Source of the DNA: Anthoceros angustus
Lineage: Eukaryota > Plantae > Anthocerotophyta
Direction: 5' to 3'
DNA: 64,000 nucleotides
NCBI GenBank assembly: GCA_010909165.1
Contig: MU008216.1
Coordinates: forward strand, 124,001-188,000
Notes under the pieces: model-generated
What the model was told of the DNA's origin: nothing
The model's input: the letters and a program-made list of their open reading frames with translations, nothing else
The model's database searches: none
Program-made: the position numbers and the translations under genes
Shown here: positions 61,735 to 64,000 of the stretch, in pieces
Position numbering within the stretch: the stretch's first letter is position 1
Layout of the letters: the number at the start of each line of letters is the position of its first letter

Positions 61735-61860
61735 CATCCCCTTCCGTCTACTTGCGGCGTGCCAACTCATGCCGTTCCGGGCATGCTAAACTTAGTGACG
61801 CATCCCATTCCGTCTCCTTGTGGCATGCCACCTCATGCCCTTCTGGGCATGCTAACTCAT
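61735..61860. repeat. 66-bp tandem duplication
   Basis: catccc.ttccgtct.cttg.ggc.tgcca.ctcatgcc.ttc.gggcatgctaa at 61735 and 61801. Confidence 0.85.
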
Positions 61861-62115
61861 CATCAACTGTATATCCGCATGGAAAGACTTTCTAAGTCCC
61901 GCTTCAATTGGCTCTCTAGGTTGTTCTTGGCAGGATGATGTCTTCGGATCTCAAGTACCGACATAGGTGAATATGTTCGATAGGTACACGGGCAAAATAT
62001 TGAAGGTATAACTCGCCAATCGGCATGACTTATTATAACACACACGGAACATGATTGCTCTAAATCCGGGAACCAGGCGAGACTTGTGGTAACATGGAAC
62101 CTATGATCATGGTTG

Positions 62116-62341
62116 GCTTCAAACCCCTCGAGCGGTTCGGGACACGAGCGGAAGGGGGGAACACGAGTCACCAGTGAACCATATCGACATGGGAGGTCAC
62201 TGGAACAGGCATCCCACATATGGAACACCACATATGTCTGGGACATGCCACGATGAGAGACTTGGCAGGAAACCGAACAGAGTAGCCATCCACATCCATG
62301 GAATCCCTGCTTTGACTCGAGAAATTTTCCCTGTCCAGATG
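62116..62341 (-). repeat. Diverged tandem duplicate of the final ~60 codons and proximal 3'UTR of the UFD1-like gene (source 62403-62638)
   Basis: Translates HLDRENFSSQSRDSMDVDGYSVR..CSICGMPV..SHVDMVHW* versus HLDREHFSIQSRESMDVDG..YSVR..CPICGMAV..SHIDMVH* in the gene. Confidence 0.85.
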
Positions 62342-62458
62342 CAATGCGCTAAAATCCGTGAACCAAGACCCCTCATAACATGCTGTTAACGGAGCATGGC
62401 ACGCTTCAAACTCCTCGAGTTGTTCGGAGGGAAGAGCGCAAGGGAGAAGCGAGAGTCA

Positions 62459-64000
62459 TCAGTGAACCATATCGATATGGGAGCTTAAATCACGTTCACT
62501 GTGAACAGCCATCCCACATATGGGACAGGACACCGAGAGAGACCTCCGAACAGAGTAGCCATCCGGTTTGTCCATAGGCGCACCATCTACATCCATGGAT
62601 TCCCTGCTTTGAATAGAGAAATGTTCCCTGTCCAGATGTAAATTCAGCTGCAGCTCCGCTTCTGACCCACTGTATCTCTCCGCACAAATTGGGCACTCCA
62701 CAGCAGGAGAGCGCTCTGACGGCCCTTGAGTGAACACCGCTCCATCAGGAGTAGAGAAAGGCAAACTCTGGATCACAGATTGCTTGCTTCCTGGGGCCTC
62801 GGCTGGTTTTGCAGAGTGCGCCGCTGCTATATGCAGATCCATCTCTTTGAGCATAATAGCTCTACCGCATGAAGCACAATTTGCTGTCCTGGAACCACAA
62901 GCACTCTCATGTTCCGACAGTCCTCGTAACTTATCTCGCGGATCTTCTGGACTACTGCCTGCTTGGACCATGTCACCACAAAACCTGCAACTTATCAAAC
63001 GATGTGGGCAAACACTAGCCTGGTGAACAACCTGCAGAAAAGATGTTCTGTAGTGAGACGAGGGCAACCACAGTTTCTCCATACCAGTTCAACATATGTA
63101 ACAGCATACAGTCCAAGATCAATCTGTGTGCTAGCATAAACAAAGCAAACCATACATACCATTTCCTTCCTCTCCAGTACGGCACCGCATTGACACTCGG
63201 CAGGCTCATGAAACACTTTTACATGCTTTTCTAACTCCTCCCTGGTAAAAGCCTCGTGGCATCGTTCACAATGCACATGCTTGTACATCTCCTCTTTACG
63301 CAAGACCACCCCACATCCCGGATGACTACAGACCACATTATGCCTCCAACAATACGCCTCATGCAATGATTTGGTCTGAATTGCCACCCATTGCTTACAG
63401 TTCCCACATTGCTCAACATTTGAGGAGCTTGGACCAGCACTTGAACTGGAAGCTCTGCGCTGATCCGAAGCAAGCCTGTGCCCCTGTGGTTTTCCCTCTT
63501 TAGAGACTCTTGCCTCAACTTGAAGCTTGTACTTTGCAGATCCTCGGAATCCATATACTCCTATACTGTAGGCACCAGCAGGTAAGGCTGTCTCCGAAGA
63601 GGTCAAACTGACGGTCTTGGAGCCCAAGTCATTACAGGACCACTGATGTTGATGCTGCGTGGGAAACAGGGTCGGGTGAGCTGCGACATAAATATCAGCA
63701 TCTGCATCCTGTCCTTCACCCTCCATTTCCATCTGCAACGTGACAGTCAACTCCCCAGCAGCCACTGCCTCAGCTAGCTTTTGATCTACTACGAATGTGT
63801 AGTAATTGAATTTCGCCTCCTCCACAACACCAACAACAGGCTTCCCTACAGGGAGTGAAACCAGTCTGCTCTGCGAGCCTTTCCCAGAGCCGTCCGGCGG
63901 CAGGACATCAGCTTCCAAATCTGTCTCTAGAACGGAAACTTGTCTACCAGGTTTCAACTCCAATATACGAAGGTTATAACTGAATCCACCGTGCTGTACA
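62459..64000 (-). CDS. UFD1-family protein with TRAF/XAF1-like and C2H2-like zinc fingers; 5' part lies outside the window
   Basis: YNLRILELKPGRQVSVLETDLEADV (UFD1 end); ADIYVAAHP; CGNCKQWV..LHEAYCWRHNVVC..CGVVL..HVHCERC; CPHRLISCRFCGDMV; HESACGSRTANCASC; CPIC..H motifs. Confidence 0.88.

Overview
Eukaryotic nuclear DNA from a non-seed land plant, most likely a hornwort (Anthoceros-like). This is inferred from compact GC-rich genes with ~80-130 bp introns and PLS-class PPR proteins carrying extended 'long-L' motifs. About 15 protein genes could be reconstructed by splicing the ORF fragments by hand: an SF1/BBP-like KH + zinc-knuckle protein, an Ig-like + SGNH protein, NDUFAF5, LHCB2-type, plastid RPS10, a malectin-like LRR receptor kinase, two PLS-E PPRs, RPN3, an E-domain-only CNX1, a Gnk2/DUF26 secreted protein, a secreted ricin-B-type lectin, PurU, CFS1-like FYVE/SYLF and a UFD1-like zinc-finger protein cut by the window end. 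Also present are a candidate 37-aa micropeptide, a PPR pseudogene, a ~4.9 kb TIR-bounded MULE, two back-to-back CRE/R2-like non-LTR relics, a nested LTR-retrotransposon relic, and many mini/microsatellites. No tRNA, rRNA or CRISPR array was seen. No clearly new multi-gene system is demonstrable from sequence alone. The best leads are the TIR-flanked MULE whose transposase resembles a conserved plant SWIM gene family, the internally deleted G-domain-less CNX1, the hidden ricin-B lectin, the micropeptide and the hybrid AT-rich SF1-like gene. All family calls come from motif recognition by eye, not database searches. Some indels probably reflect long-read assembly error.
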